A stretch of 64,000 nucleotides of DNA from Octopus vulgaris (taxonomy: Eukaryota). The stretch lies in assembly GCA_951406725.2 (NCBI GenBank), contig OX597818.1, positions 57,040,001 through 57,104,000 on the forward strand, in the 5' to 3' direction. The notes under the pieces are model-generated. The model made no database searches and was not told the origin of the DNA. It saw only the letters and a list, made by a program, of their open reading frames with translations. Both the position numbers and the translations under genes were made by a program. Shown here piece by piece: positions 25,926 to 39,524 of the stretch. The first letter of the stretch is position 1. Each line of letters opens with the position of its first letter.

Positions 25926-27108
25926 AGAGTCGGAATAAATACCCCGAGACGCCTAAACTACTCTGCCAGTTGGCCGTTATGTATTGCATCGATAGATTTG
26001 GTCTTAGCTGTCATCAACTATGCATAAATTCGCCATGTCCGATGTCATTTCTTTTCCTGCAAACTTGACACTAACGTTTTTGATATATGAACAAAGAAAG
26101 GCGGCGAGCTGGCAGAAACGTTAGCACGCCGGGCGAAATGCTTAGCGGTATTTCGTCTGCGTTACGTTGTGAGTTCAAATTCCGCCGAGGTCGACTTTGC
26201 CTTTCATCCTTTCGGGGTCGATAAATTAAGTACCAGTTGCGCACTGGGGTCGATGTAATCGACTTAATACCTATGTCTGTCATTGTTTGTCCCCTCTATG
26301 TTTAGCCCTTGTGGGTAAGTAAAGAAATAGGTATTTCGTCTGTCATTACATTGTGAGTTCAAATTCCACCGAGGTCGACTTTAACTTTCTTCCTTTCGAG
26401 GTCGATTTAATAAATACCAGTTACGCACTGGGGTCGATATAATCGACTTAATCCGTTTGTCTGTCCTTGTTTGTCCTTTCTGTGTTTAGCCCCTTGTGGG
26501 TAGTAAAGAAATAAATATTTCGTCTGTCGTTACGTTCTGAGTTCAATATTCCGCCGAGGTCGACTTTGCCATTCATCCATCGGGGTCGATTTAATAAGTA
26601 CGAGTTGCGCACTGGGGTCGATGTAATCGACTTAATCCGTTTGTCTGTCCTTGTTTGTCCTCTCTATGTTTAGCCCCTTGTAGGTAGTAAAGAAATATAT
26701 ATGGACAAATATATAGGAGAGTTTAAGAGTTTTGAATAAACTTCATCAACAAACGAAGGGGTGCCTTTTCAATAACACACATAAAGACACCCCCTACACA
26801 AAATAAACGTATATATATATATTTATATAAATGGTCTCTTCAATTTATAACAACTTGAATCTTTCTGTAAGGATTGAGTTGTTGCTAGCATGCGAAGTTC
26901 CGTTGTTAGGATGCAGGTAGCAAACGCATTGTTAAACTTGAGAAAAGTTTTGCATATTTTTAATGTTCCGCTTACGGATTGTATTTGTAACGTGCATGTC
27001 AGCTGGCGGACTACTTTTTCTGAAAATTCAAGGTATTTCAGATTGTTACTTAGGCCACACCATGTAAAATATGGAAGGATTTTTCTGACCCTCATATATA
27101 TATATATA

Positions 27109-27256
27109 AAATTATAATTAAGGATATCTAAGAGACGCCACCATGCTAGATATAGCTGCCAAAACTCGACTCTAAAACCAAATAGGGTTATAGAGTCAAG
27201 TTTTGGCTGCTATATCTAGCATGGTGGTATCTCTTAGATAGCCTTAATTATAATTT
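27109..27256. repeat. Fold-back element 1 (~71-bp arms) plus tail, in (TA)n
   Basis: aaattataattaaggatatctaagag...aaaacc [aaatag] ggttatagag...ccttaattataattt. Confidence 0.92.
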
Positions 27257-27337
27257 CAATAATAATATTACCTATGAGGTTTTTTATTCCTATGCTGGCC
27301 ACCTGATAAGATTGGTATTTTAAATAACGATCTTATC

Positions 27338-27375
<38 letters not shown>

Positions 27376-27408
27376 TGAGAAAGTTGGTGTGTGAAAGCAC
27401 GTGGTTGA

Positions 27409-27610
27409 ATATATAGAAAATGGTAAAAAGTGAAAAAAACTACAGAAGGCTTGTTTTAAAAGGTTAAAAAATATATATTTGAGTCAATATGTCAGAAACT
27501 ATGTCATTGTATGAAAAAAATTTATAACATTCTTCTGACATAATGACTCAAATATATATTTTTTAACCTTTTAAAACAAGCCTTCTGTAGTTTTTTCACT
27601 TTTTACTATT

Positions 27611-27620
<10 letters not shown>
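27409..27620. repeat. Fold-back element 2 (~90-bp arms), in (TA)n
   Basis: atatatagaaaatggtaaaaagtg...tgtcagaa / ttctgaca...cactttttactattttctatatat. Confidence 0.92.
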
Positions 27621-27659
<39 letters not shown>

Positions 27660-27840
27660 ATATATATTATTCAAAGAAATTCCTACCCTGTCTGTTTTTT
27701 ATGTTTTATTTATATTCTTTATAATATTAATGTAGAATATAGAATATATAGTATAAATAATATATATATATATATAGTAAAATGAAATGAAGTATTGATT
27801 GTCTTATTGAATAGATGAAATGTTGGATATAAAATATTAA

Positions 27841-27884
27841 GGGACTAGTATACTTTCATGCATTTTAGCAGTCTTCAAGGTCCC
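27841..27884 (-). ncRNA. Minimal HHR motif with an extra U in the core
   Basis: GGGAC-CTTGAAGA-c-TGC-taaaat-GCA-t-GAAA-GTATAC-TA-GTCCC: perfect 5-bp stem I, palindromic stem III. Confidence 0.65.
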
Positions 27885-27905
27885 AGGTTGTGACAGGAGT
27901 GTTTC

Positions 27906-27949
<44 letters not shown>

Positions 27950-27953
<4 letters not shown>

Positions 27954-28219
27954 TTAATAATTAGGGTTCAGCAAAGATTTGCTTTACCACATACCGAAGT
28001 TTAGAAATAGCAGCGAATAAACGTTAGCTATTTCTTCTACTTTAAAAAGGGACTCCCAGAAAAACCAAAATACTTGAAAAGTATTTCGTTTTGAAGTAAT
28101 TTGGTTTTTCTGGGAGTCCCTTTTTAAAGTAGAAGAAATAGCTAACGTTTTTTTGCTGCTATTTCTAAACTTCGGTATGTGGTAAAGTAAATCTTTGCTG
28201 AACCCTAATTATTAAGTAT
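27950..28219. repeat. Fold-back element 3 (~130-bp arms, 8-nt loop) plus tail, in (TA)n
   Basis: atacttaataattagggttcagc...cttgaaaa [gtatttcg] ttttgaag...gctgaaccctaattattaagtat. Confidence 0.95.
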
Positions 28220-28337
28220 TACTTAAGTTTACCATGAAATGGTCCTTTTTTCATGCCGAATTCTACTTGGTGAAATTATTGATTACTTCTTAATTAATTA
28301 ATTAATTTTCCCCTTTGTTATATATATATATATATAT

Positions 28338-28628
28338 ACAATTCATAAATAAGAGCAAACGAAAAAAATTCTAATGCCAAATATGCCGAAAAATTGGACA
28401 TATTGTCCATTAACCATATAATTTTTTCACAATACGCACGTGTCTCGAAAAAAGGTCGACAGAAATCGGTCCGATATGGTAATAATGGATTTTTTTAGAA
28501 ATTTCTGTCGACCTTTTTTCGAGTAGCGTGCGTATTGTGAAAAATTATATGGTTAATGGACAATATGTCTAATTTTTCGGCATATTTGGCATTAGAATTT
28601 TTTTCCTTTGCCCTCATTTATGAATTGT
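28338..28628. repeat. Fold-back element 4 (~130-bp arms) plus tail, in (TA)n
   Basis: acaattcataaat...gtcgacagaaat / atttctgtcgac...atttatgaattgt. The tail shares tatgctggcca with the tail of element 1. Confidence 0.95.
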
Positions 28629-28795
28629 TTATAAATTTAACCGTTAAAGGTATTTTTTAATATGCTGGCCATTGATAAAATTTTTTGGGAGAAAAGATTT
28701 TTTTTCGAAAAGAATTTTATCCTCACAAATATATATATATTTAGTGAAGAGAAGAAATGGAGCTGAACGAAGATTCTACAAAATTCCTTTTTATT

Positions 28796-28881
28796 ATTTT
28801 CTACACATGTTTCAAAGGCTGCAAATTTCCAAATTCGGATTGAATAAGGAGACCATTTTGCAGCTTTCTCTTCAGGAAAAT
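28796..28881 (-). ncRNA. Hammerhead ribozyme motif, well preserved
   Basis: ATTTTC-CTGAAGA-GAAAGCTGCAAA...TTTGCAGCCTTT-GAAA-CATGTG-TA-GAAAAT: 6-bp stem I, ~12-bp stem II, GUA site; element bounded by (TA)n. Confidence 0.8.
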
Positions 28882-28924
28882 CCAGGAATTTAAATCTCCG
28901 TAACAAGATAATTCATTTATCCAT

Positions 28925-28987
<63 letters not shown>

Positions 28988-29432
28988 GGACGGAAGCAAT
29001 TGAAGTGGGGCTTCCAAAGTAACTTACCGCCTGGACATAGGTGGCACCGCTCAAGGTTTTGTATTCTCCATAGCTAAGTTATTGGGAAAGTAGACAGTGG
29101 TAGAATGCTTCTTAAAAGAATATGCCAAGTCAATTCCTGTTGTTCTGTAGCTGTTGAAATTACACAGTTCTATTTGAACTCGTATATTTATTCGTATCTT
29201 ATTCGTATCCACGTTGCGAAGTTGAGGCAACATGTGATGTGTTGCCACGTCTTTAGGAAAGAAATGATCTGAAGGAAAACAAACAGACGGGCATTGCAGA
29301 AGTTAGCTAAAGTAATAACGATGTTGTTAGAAAGTCATGTGTCGCCCAACGAAATGGAAGAGAGCTGATGTCTGTGCGAATGGATTTTAAAAGAAGCTGT
29401 TGGTATTTGTGGTCAATCTGATGCACATGTGG

Positions 29433-30560
29433 TCATCATGGTCGTCATCATTGTCATCATCATCATCATCATCATCATCGTCGTTGTCGTCATCATCATC
29501 ATCAGACGCAGATACGGTCGCTACCATCGCTGCCGCCGCTTCCACCGATGTCACCGTTGCTACCATCCTCATCCCCACCAGCGCAACCATCATCGCCATC
29601 ACCATCACGACCACCAACACCACCGTCGTCGCCGCCGCCACCACCACCACAATCACCATCACCACCATAACTACTACCACCACCACAACCACCACCGTCA
29701 TCACCACTACCACCAACATCACCACCACAACCACCACCACCACCACCACCACCACCACAACCACCACTGTCATCATCACTACCACCAACATCACCACCAC
29801 AACCACCACCACCACCACCACAACCACCACTGTCATCATCACTACCACCAACATCACCACCACAACCACCACCACCACAACCACCACTGTCATCATCACT
29901 ACCACCAACATCACCACCACAACCACCACCACCACAACCACCACTGTCATCATCACTACCACCAACATCACCACCACAACCACCACCACCACGACCACCA
30001 CTGTCATCATCACTACCACCAACATCACCACCACAACCACCACCACCACAACCACCACTGTCATCATCATCACCACCACCAACACCACCACAACCACCAC
30101 CACCACAACCACCACCGTCATCACCACTACCACCAACATCACCACCACAACCACCACCACCACCAACATCACCACTACAACCACCACCACCACCATCATC
30201 ACCACCACCATCATCATCACCACAACCACCACCACCATCACCACCACAACCACAATCACCACCACCGCCACCATCACCACCACCACTACATCACTACGAT
30301 CGCCATGCGACAGTCTCCATCAGACGACGTCCACCACACCCTTCACAACACCGCCACAGTACCACTAATACCACCACCACAACTTGCAAGTACCATCACC
30401 ACCACCACCACCACCGGTCTCACCACCACTACCTCTCTCATTACTAGCACCTCTCTCACCACTACCAACGCAACCACAATAACCACAACCACCACCATCA
30501 CCACCACCACACTCACCCCACAACCTCAATCACTACCACCGACCACCGACCACCCCACCC
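29433..30560. repeat. (CAT)n to (CAC)n trinucleotide field with a 57-bp higher-order repeat
   Basis: The marker ccaccactgt recurs at 29761, 29824, 29881, 29938, 29995 and 30052. Confidence 0.9.
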
Positions 30561-31309
30561 CACAAATCGATAGATATATATATATATTTAGATAAATAAT
30601 ATGAAATATTCTAAAATACTATTTTTTATTGATAACTTAAAGTTTTATTATCACGAGCATCAAAAAAAAAAAAAAAATTAAAAAAACTTATTTCCATAAG
30701 GATTCCAACTATTTGAATTAAAATATAAATATAAATTCTTGATTTGGTAAAATTTTTCGACTTAAAATAATTTAAAAGTTATTGCAGAGTGTTTCTGTTA
30801 TTATTTGTTTATATATTTACTTATTTAATTTATAATTTCGAAATTGTATTTGTCTTTTAAATTCGTATTCACCCATGGTTTCAAATATGCTTTATTTATA
30901 TTCATTTAAAGTTATTTTTTTTTTCTACTTTCACTTTCACTTTCACTTTCATAGGAGTTAATAATATAAACTTTGAATATTCCTCTGGAAAAAAATAAAT
31001 AAAAGAATATGAGAAAAAAAAACCTAAAAAAAATCAAAAAAAAATTTGCGTAAATAATTTATTGGAATCCATTGTTGTTATTACAATTTTTCTACGATTT
31101 CTAAAAGGGTGTGTGTATATATTATGTATATAAGCACTTACATGCATACATATTCGCTAATATAAGTGTGTATATATATGCCTTAATATATGTCTGTCTC
31201 TGTATACATGTATATAAACACACATATTTACATATATATATGAATACACATATGCATATACATATGTATATTTATATACACACACATATAATATATGTAT
31301 ATATATATG

Positions 31310-31340
<31 letters not shown>

Positions 31341-31606
31341 GTAGATATATATGTAGATATATATATATATATATATATGTATATTTATTTATATGTGTAT
31401 ATGTATACCTATATGCCTCTTTGTCTATCCTCTGTGTGTGTGTGTACATATGTGTGTGTGTATATATGTGTGTGTGTATATATGTGCATATATATATGTG
31501 TATATATATATGTGTATATATATATGTATATACATATATATAGAGGTATGTATATATATATATAAATGTGTGTATATATGTGTATGTATGTATATATGTG
31601 TATATG

Positions 31607-31638
<32 letters not shown>

Positions 31639-31692
31639 TGTATATATATGTATATATATATATGTATATATATATATATGTATATATATATG

Positions 31693-31779
<87 letters not shown>

Positions 31780-32457
31780 GTATATATATGTATATATATA
31801 TATGTATATATATATATGTATATATATATATATGTATATATATGTATATATGTGTATGTGCATATATATGTGTATGTATATATATGTATATGTATATATA
31901 TATGTATATGTATATGTATATATATGTATATGTGTATATATGTATATGTATATATATATATGTATATGTATATGTATATATACATGTATATGTATATATA
32001 TACATACATACACACACACACATATATATATATATATGATATCTGTTATATATGTGTAGGTATGTATGAAGCGCTAGGATGAATTCGATTTTCCTAAAAA
32101 AAAAACAGCAGGAAGAACACAAGAACATAAAGAAAACACAAAACCTTGATTTCTTTCACACCTTTCCCCTCCCCTCCCCCTCCATTGCTTTTTTTTTCAT
32201 TTTATATATATTATTATTAATATTCAAAGTTTCAATTTTACATTCTCCGTCTCATGAGTTCCAACTAATTTGCAGTTTCAGACAAGATTTCATAGATTTT
32301 CAATGTCTCACCGCAAAGAATTATTATACAGAACTCTATAGGACACTACACACATATATGCAAATACACACACACACAGGTACAAATAATCGCATACATA
32401 TACACACATACATGCATGAAACTGACGTACTGCCTATAAGCGCGGCTGACACTACTT

Positions 32458-32585
<128 letters not shown>

Positions 32586-32746
32586 CCCTTCAGGTATATA
32601 TATTCTTTTCTAGTCTAAACACAAGGCCTAACAGTTTAGGGGAGGGGGCCAGCCAATTAGATCGACCCCAGTACACAACTGGTACTTAATTTATCGAATC
32701 CGAAAGGATGAAAAGCTAAGTTGACCTCGAGACAGACGAAATACTG

Positions 32747-32782
<36 letters not shown>

Positions 32783-32803
32783 AAGATCATTTGCCAACAT
32801 AGC

Positions 32804-32914
32804 GTGGCAGTCCTAGTTCAGGACGAACTCTATTGCTATTTAACCCCAGGAAACATGGTTGATGTTTTCTGGGGGTAAATAACAGTAACATTCGTCCTAA
32901 ACCAGGACTACCAC
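32804..32914. repeat. Imperfect fold-back (~53-bp arms) in (TA)n; duplicate at 34872-34982
   Basis: gtggcagtcctagttcaggacgaa...aaacat [ggttg] atgttt...ttcgtcctaaaccaggactaccac; homologous to 37061-37128. Confidence 0.8.
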
Positions 32915-32988
32915 AAATAATCTTTACTCTAGGGTACTGTTACTGAATGGAATGTCTCTCTTTGAAAGATTTACAAATAGAAATTGTC

Positions 32989-33047
<59 letters not shown>

Positions 33048-33049
33048 CA

Positions 33050-33695
33050 GGGTGTCATCATTCCACTTTTCTCCTCTTTTGTATGGTCACACCTCGAATA
33101 TTGCTGACCCTTGCGGTCTCCCCATACAAAACAAAACATCTCGAGGATTGAATCACCTCAGAGGGTACTCACTAAGCGAATTGAAGGCATGACTGATCTC
33201 GATCATTGGGACTGCTTTAAAGCCTTGAAACTCTACTCTCTCCAGCCCTGCGGCGAGCGGTACATCATTTGTACGATGTGGAGAATATACCGCCAACATT
33301 GCCCAAACAACATGAACATTAGTTTCAAGGTTCATCCAAGGCTTGGACCACGGACTATATGTCCCCTATCCAATTCAGGATCACAACATATAGGTACACT
33401 GCGACACAATTTCTTTTCCTCAACAGGCCCTGCCCTGTTTAACATTGTCCCAAAACTGATCAAAAAGGAAAAGGATCGCATCACCTTTAAACGGAGTCTG
33501 AACAGAATTCTTCAAAGAATACCAGAGAAGCCACCCATAATTGGATACAACTCACTCAACAAGAACTCACTACTTGAATGGACCATAAACAAAACTTAAA
33601 AAGGATTTAGATAATCCTATCAGGTGGTGCTATTGAGTTAGACATGGCCTGGACCACCTTTGGTCGAAACATGTCTAAGTTTATCTAAGTTTATA
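33050..33695 (+). mobile_element. 5'-truncated CR1-group LINE (ORF2 C-terminus plus 3'UTR), copy 1
   Basis: LFSSFVWSHLEYC*PLRSP...IESPQRVLTKRIEGM...LKLYSLQ...ERY...GPALFN...FKRSLNRIL...NSLLEW; 3' stem-loop and (ctaagtttat)2 tail. Confidence 0.85.
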
Positions 33696-33894
33696 TCTCT
33701 ATATATTCTTTTACTTGTTTCAGTTATTTGATTGGGGCCATGCTGGAGCACTGCCTTTAGTCGACCGCAGGACTTATTCATTGAAAACCTAGTACTTATT
33801 CTATCGATCTCTTACCAAACCACTACGTTTCGGGGACATAAACACACCAGCATCTGCTGTCAAGCGATGTTGGGGGCAGAAACACAGACACACA

Positions 33895-33936
<42 letters not shown>

Positions 33937-34083
33937 CTCTCTAATATGCATACATATTCGCTAATATAAGTGTGTATATATATGCCTATATATATATGTA
34001 TATATATGTATATGTGTATATATGTATATGTATATATATATATGTATATGTATATGTATATATACATGTATATGTATATATAT

Positions 34084-34160
<77 letters not shown>

Positions 34161-34576
34161 ATCTGTTATATATGTGTAGGTATGTATGAAGCGCTAGGAT
34201 GAATTCGATTTTCCTAAAAAAAAACAGCAGGAAGAACACAAGAACATAAAGAAAACACAAAACCTTGATTTCTTTCACACCTTTCCCCTCCCCTCCCCCT
34301 CCATTGCTTTTTTTTTCATTTTATATATATTATTATTAATATTCAAAGTTTCAATTTTACATTCTCCGTCTCATGAGTTCCAACTAATTTGCAGTTTCAG
34401 ACAAGATTTCATAGATTTTCAATGTCTCACCGCAAAGAATTATTATACAGAACTCTATAGGACACTACACACATATATGCAAATACACACACACACAGGT
34501 ACAAATAATCGCATACATATACACACATACATGCATGAAACTGACGTACTGCCTATAAGCGCGGCTGACACTACTT

Positions 34577-34640
<64 letters not shown>

Positions 34641-34798
34641 CCTTTCAGGTATATATATTCTTTTCTACTCTAAACACAAGGCCTAACAGTTTAGGGGAGG
34701 GGGCCAGCCAATTAGATCGACCCCAGTACATAACTGGTACTTAATTTATCGAATCCGAAAGGATGAAAAGCTAAGTTGACCTCGAGACAGACGAAATA

Positions 34799-34850
<52 letters not shown>

Positions 34851-35056
34851 AAGATCATTTGCCAACATAGCGTGGCAGTCCTAGTTCAGGACGAACTCTA
34901 TTGCTATTTAACCCCAGGAAACATGGTTGATGTTTTCTGGGGGTAAATAACAGTAACATTCGTCCTAAACCAGGACTACCACAAATAATCTTTACTCTAG
35001 GGTACTGTTACTGAATGGATGTCTCTCTTTGAAAGATTTACAAATAGAAATTGTCT

Positions 35057-35102
<46 letters not shown>

Positions 35103-35104
35103 CA

Positions 35105-35750
35105 GGGTGTCATCATTCCACTTTTCTCCTCTTTTGTATGGTCACACCTCGAATATTGCTGACCCTTGCGGTCTCCCCATACAAAACAAAACATCTCGAG
35201 GATTGAATCACCTCAGAGGGTACTCACTAAGCGAATTGAAGGCATGACTGATCTCGATCATTGGGACTGCTTTAAAGCCTTGAAACTCTACTCTCTCCAG
35301 CCCTGCGGCGAGCGGTACATCATTTGTACGATGTGGAGAATATACCGCCAACATTGCCCAAACAACATGAACATTAGTTTCAAGGTTCATCCAAGGCTTG
35401 GACCACGGACTATATGTCCCCTATCCAATTCAGGATCACAACATATAGGTACACTGCGACACAATTTCTTTTCCTCAACAGGCCCTGCCCTGTTTAACAT
35501 TGTCCCAAAACTGATCAAAGAGGAAAAGGATCGCATCACCTTTAAACGGAGTCTGAACAGAATTCTTCAAAGAATACCAGAGAAGCCACCCATAATTGGA
35601 TACAACTCACTCAACAAGAACTCACTACTTGAATGGACCATAAACAAAACTTAAAAAGGATTTAGATAATCCTATCAGGTGGTGCTATTGAGTTAGACAT
35701 GGCCTGGACCACCTTTGGTCGAAACATGTCTAAGTTTATCTAAGTTTATA
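35105..35750 (+). mobile_element. 5'-truncated CR1-group LINE, copy 2
   Basis: Same as 33050-33695; one amino-acid difference seen in the ORF track (KK/KE). Confidence 0.85.
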
Positions 35751-35975
35751 TCTCTATATATTCTTTTACTTGTTTCAGTTATTTGATTGGGGCCATGCTG
35801 GAGCACTGCCTTTAGTCGACCGCAGGACTTATTCATTGAAAACCTAGTACTTATTCTATCGATCTCTTACCAAACCACTACGTTTCGGGGACATAAACAC
35901 ACCAGCATCTGCTGTCAAGCGATGTTGGGGGCAGAAACACAGACACACAAACACGCACACACACACACACACACA

Positions 35976-36022
<47 letters not shown>

Positions 36023-36433
36023 ACACACACACACACACACACATATATACATATATACATACATATATACGACAGGCTTCTTTCAGTTTCCATCTACCAA
36101 ATCCACTCACAAGGCTTTGGTCGGCCCGAGGCTATAGTAGAGGACACTTGCCCAAGGTGCTACGCAGTGGGATTGAACCCGGAACCATGTGGTTGTTAAG
36201 CAAGCTACTTACTACTCAGCTACTGCTGCGCCTATATATTATATTACATATTTGTGGTTATATATGCATTTATGAATGAATATTATATATATAATATAAT
36301 ACATATAATATAATATATATATATATATAAACATATATGTGTGAGTGTGAATAGGTATGCATCTATATGTACATATGCATGTATGTGTATATATGCATCC
36401 ATGAATATATATATGTATAAACATACATATCCT

Positions 36434-36494
<61 letters not shown>

Positions 36495-36971
36495 TGTGAA
36501 CACACACAAACACATACGCGTGTAGACATTGTCTTGATAAAAGCCTGTAAGTCTAGAAAAGGAAAAGAAGAATTATTGAATATTTCGGCGGAGATTAAAA
36601 TATATTTTCTGAAAATTATTTGATCATATATCAAATAATTTTGGCTTCATTTTCCTAGAGATAAATATCTGATTTTTATCATGTACTTCTAGACAATATA
36701 CACTGTTTAAATACACGTATATGCTCACAGTCTATATGCACATATAAGCAACGCAAAATATGATGTATTTCAGGGAAATACATCATATATAACTCCAAAT
36801 ACCGAGATGTTCCATATGCAGGGCATGGCGTCCCAAACACATGGTTCCGGGTTCAAGTCTCACTGCGTGGCTCTTTGGACTAGTATCGTTTAATATAGCC
36901 TCGGGCCGACCAAAGCATTTTGCGAAGATTTGGTAGACAGAAACTGAAAGAAGCCTGGCGTATATATATAT

Positions 36972-37047
<76 letters not shown>

Positions 37048-37219
37048 TTATATAGTTATCGCCAAGCTAACATGGCAGTCCAGAAAAATAGGACGAAAGC
37101 TGCCGTTGATTAGCTCCAAGAGGCCATCGCATCTAGCTAGCTATGTGACACACAAACCTGTGTCCATTACAACCTCCGACCATGGGAGGTCATCAGCTTT
37201 CCCGTGCTGGTTCAAGCAT

Positions 37220-37260
37220 CCACAGACTAGTTTCAAGGTATTTGCCCTTTATCAATGTGG
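37220..37260 (-). ncRNA. Minimal HHR with compensatory U3-A8 core
   Basis: CCACA-TTGATAA-AGGG-caaata-CCTT-GAAA-CTAG-TC-TGTGG: perfect stem I, palindromic stem III, GUC site. Overlaps a 24-bp-arm terminal hairpin (37255-37306). Confidence 0.8.
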
Positions 37261-37449
37261 AGTAGTTGAACCCAGCAGACGCCTGCTAGGTTCGACTACT
37301 CCACATACATGTGTATATATATATATGTGTGTGTACGTATGTGCGTGTATATATATATGTGTGTGTGTATATATACAGATTTATATATATATACATACAG
37401 ATTAATATATATATATACAGATTAATATATATATATGTATTCATACATA

Positions 37450-37760
37450 CATATATATATATATATATCACCGTTACCGACCAGGCTATCAGATGTTGCT
37501 ACACATCGCTGGTCACAATGCGCTTCGCATTGTTGTAGCCTTCAAACGACGCCACCCTGGTGGCTAAGCGAGCAGGCCAACAGAAGAAAGAATGAGAGAA
37601 TGTTGTGGCGAAAGAGTATAGCAGGGATCGCCACCACCCGCCTCGTGGAGCTTTAGGTGTTTTCGCTCAATAAACACTTACAACGCCCGGTCTGTGGAGG
37701 TGCAATGGCCCAGTAGTTAGGGCAGCGGACTCGCGGTTTCAATTCCTAGACCTGGCGTCG
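37450..37760. mobile_element. Head-C SINE body with a different tail (minus strand, 37450-37692) abutting a plus-strand head fragment
   Basis: Shares the ...gtttattgagcgaaaacacctaaagctccacgagg body with 49330 and 54865. Confidence 0.7.
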
Positions 37761-37761
37761 T

Positions 37762-37813
<52 letters not shown>

Positions 37814-38390
37814 ATGTATTTGTACACATTCACAATTGTTGTGACTAGAAACAATTGTAGAAATTCAAATATTAGATTGTTTGAAAAAAAAGATACAATT
37901 TATTCGAATTTCAAAAGTGATAAATAATAGCGTAGAAGAAGAATAGAGATGCAACCCCCTCCCCCCATAAAATGGTATGGTAAAAATATTCAAGCAGCAT
38001 TGGAAAAGATTAAGTTAAAATAGAGGGACCCCTGGAAATTCCATGGAACGGAGAAAATTAAGTGGAACTATTTAAAAAAGAAGGGATGATGTGCATTTTT
38101 ATTGCATATAAATTTTATTGTTCTCTGTGCAATAAATGATATAAAAATTTACATTAACAATCTTATACAATAGTTCTTATGATTAGTATTGAATTTTATT
38201 AACAGTGCATGGTCTATAATTGCATGTTCTTTATTACGCAATATTTTATCATAGCTACTGTACATTACATAGAATTAATGTACAAAAACAATATAGAGAA
38301 TATACGCAATGTTTTTTATTTACATGGTTTGTTTGAATTTACGGCTAAATTATTATTTCCTTTCCAGCGACAATAATATTTGATTTTAAA

Positions 38391-38516
38391 ATTCACGTAC
38401 GATGTTGACTTTCCTGCTAATGGACTGATTATATCCACAAGGAAGCGGCTCAGTGGATGACATGCTGAACCTCTACAGCTCACTATAGGTCTTACTGGAA
38501 TACCATCCTTGTGAAT
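38391..38516 (-). pseudogene. Penelope-like RT fragment, inverted relative to the adjacent pLTR
   Basis: IHKDGIPVRPIVSCRGSACHPLSRFLVDIISPLAGKSTSYV matches the PLE RT motif K.HK...P.RPIVS..GS....LS..L..IL.PL. Confidence 0.88.
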
Positions 38517-38543
38517 GAGAACCCAGGTTCGAAATTTCCCCAA

Positions 38544-38589
38544 GACACCTGATGAAGGCTGGAAGGTATATCAGCCGAAACGTTGTGTT
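38544..38589 (+). ncRNA. Minimal HHR in a PLE pLTR
   Basis: GACAC-CTGATGA-a-GGCTG-gaaggtatat-CAGCC-GAAA-CG-TT-GTGTT, 27 bp from the RT fragment. Confidence 0.85.
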
Positions 38590-39524
38590 AACAACAAACA
38601 AGATGAGGACAAATATCCGTCGAATGTATATAATGTAAATAATTCCTCATCTCTTAAATATAGAACTGTATGATAGGCTTTATTGTTAGGATCAATAGTA
38701 AGTAAACTTGTTCTAGGTTAGGCTCAGACAGCCATCTTGGTAAAGACTGAACCGTTGGTGATCTGTTTTGAAAGTAAACTTCCATGAGGTATCAAGTTAG
38801 TAGCAAAAGGAGGGATTAATTGCACGCAGCAATTATGGTTTCAAACTTTAGTACAAGGCCAGCAAGTTTGAAGGGGTGGGGGCTAGTCGAAAATATCAAC
38901 TGGTACTAAATAAATTGACACCGAAAAGATGAAAGGCAAAGTCAACTTCGGAAGAATTTGAACTCAGAACGTAGCGGCAGACGAAATACCTATTTCTTTA
39001 CTACCCACAAAGGGCTAAACACAGAGGGGACAAACAAGGACAGACAAACGGATTAAGTCGATTAGATCGACCCCAGTGCATAACTGGTACTTAATTTATC
39101 GACCCCGAAAGGATGAAAGGCAAAGTCGACCTCGGTGGAATTTGAACTCAGAACGTAACGGCAGACGAAATACCGCTACGCATTTCGGCCGGCGTGCTAA
39201 CGTTTCTGCCAGCTCGCCTCCCTGTTGCATGCAGTCGTAATAGTCTCAAAACCTGACTCCGTTGTTTTGTTCAACGGCTTTCTTGAACGAATGGCAAGTG
39301 TTACTCTTCTTTATAAAACTCAATTCAGACGGTCACCTCGGTCAACTTGATCTTCTCTGTCATTTGGACTGTTTCTTGTCGAATGTTATGGAATTGTTTC
39401 AGTTTAGTAGGCCAAACAGCTGTATGGGTGGCCCCTTATTGACTTCCATTAAACTAATCCTCGTTTTAAAAATAGCTTCTTGCATAAAAGACAAATACTT
39501 TGGTAGGTTGTATATAGGTATTTG

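Noticed and set aside
26100-26190. SINE heads as tRNA genes
   Set aside because: A and B boxes are present but run into SINE bodies and lack a complete cloverleaf.
29400-30595. Thr-rich (322 aa) and His-rich (388 aa) ORFs as genes
   Set aside because: No signal peptide, domain or splice support; explained by a triplet repeat.
33637-33678. gacca..tggtc-GAAA-catg-tc as a hammerhead
   Set aside because: No CTGANGA core; it folds as the LINE 3' stem-loop (ttagacatg/catgtctaa).
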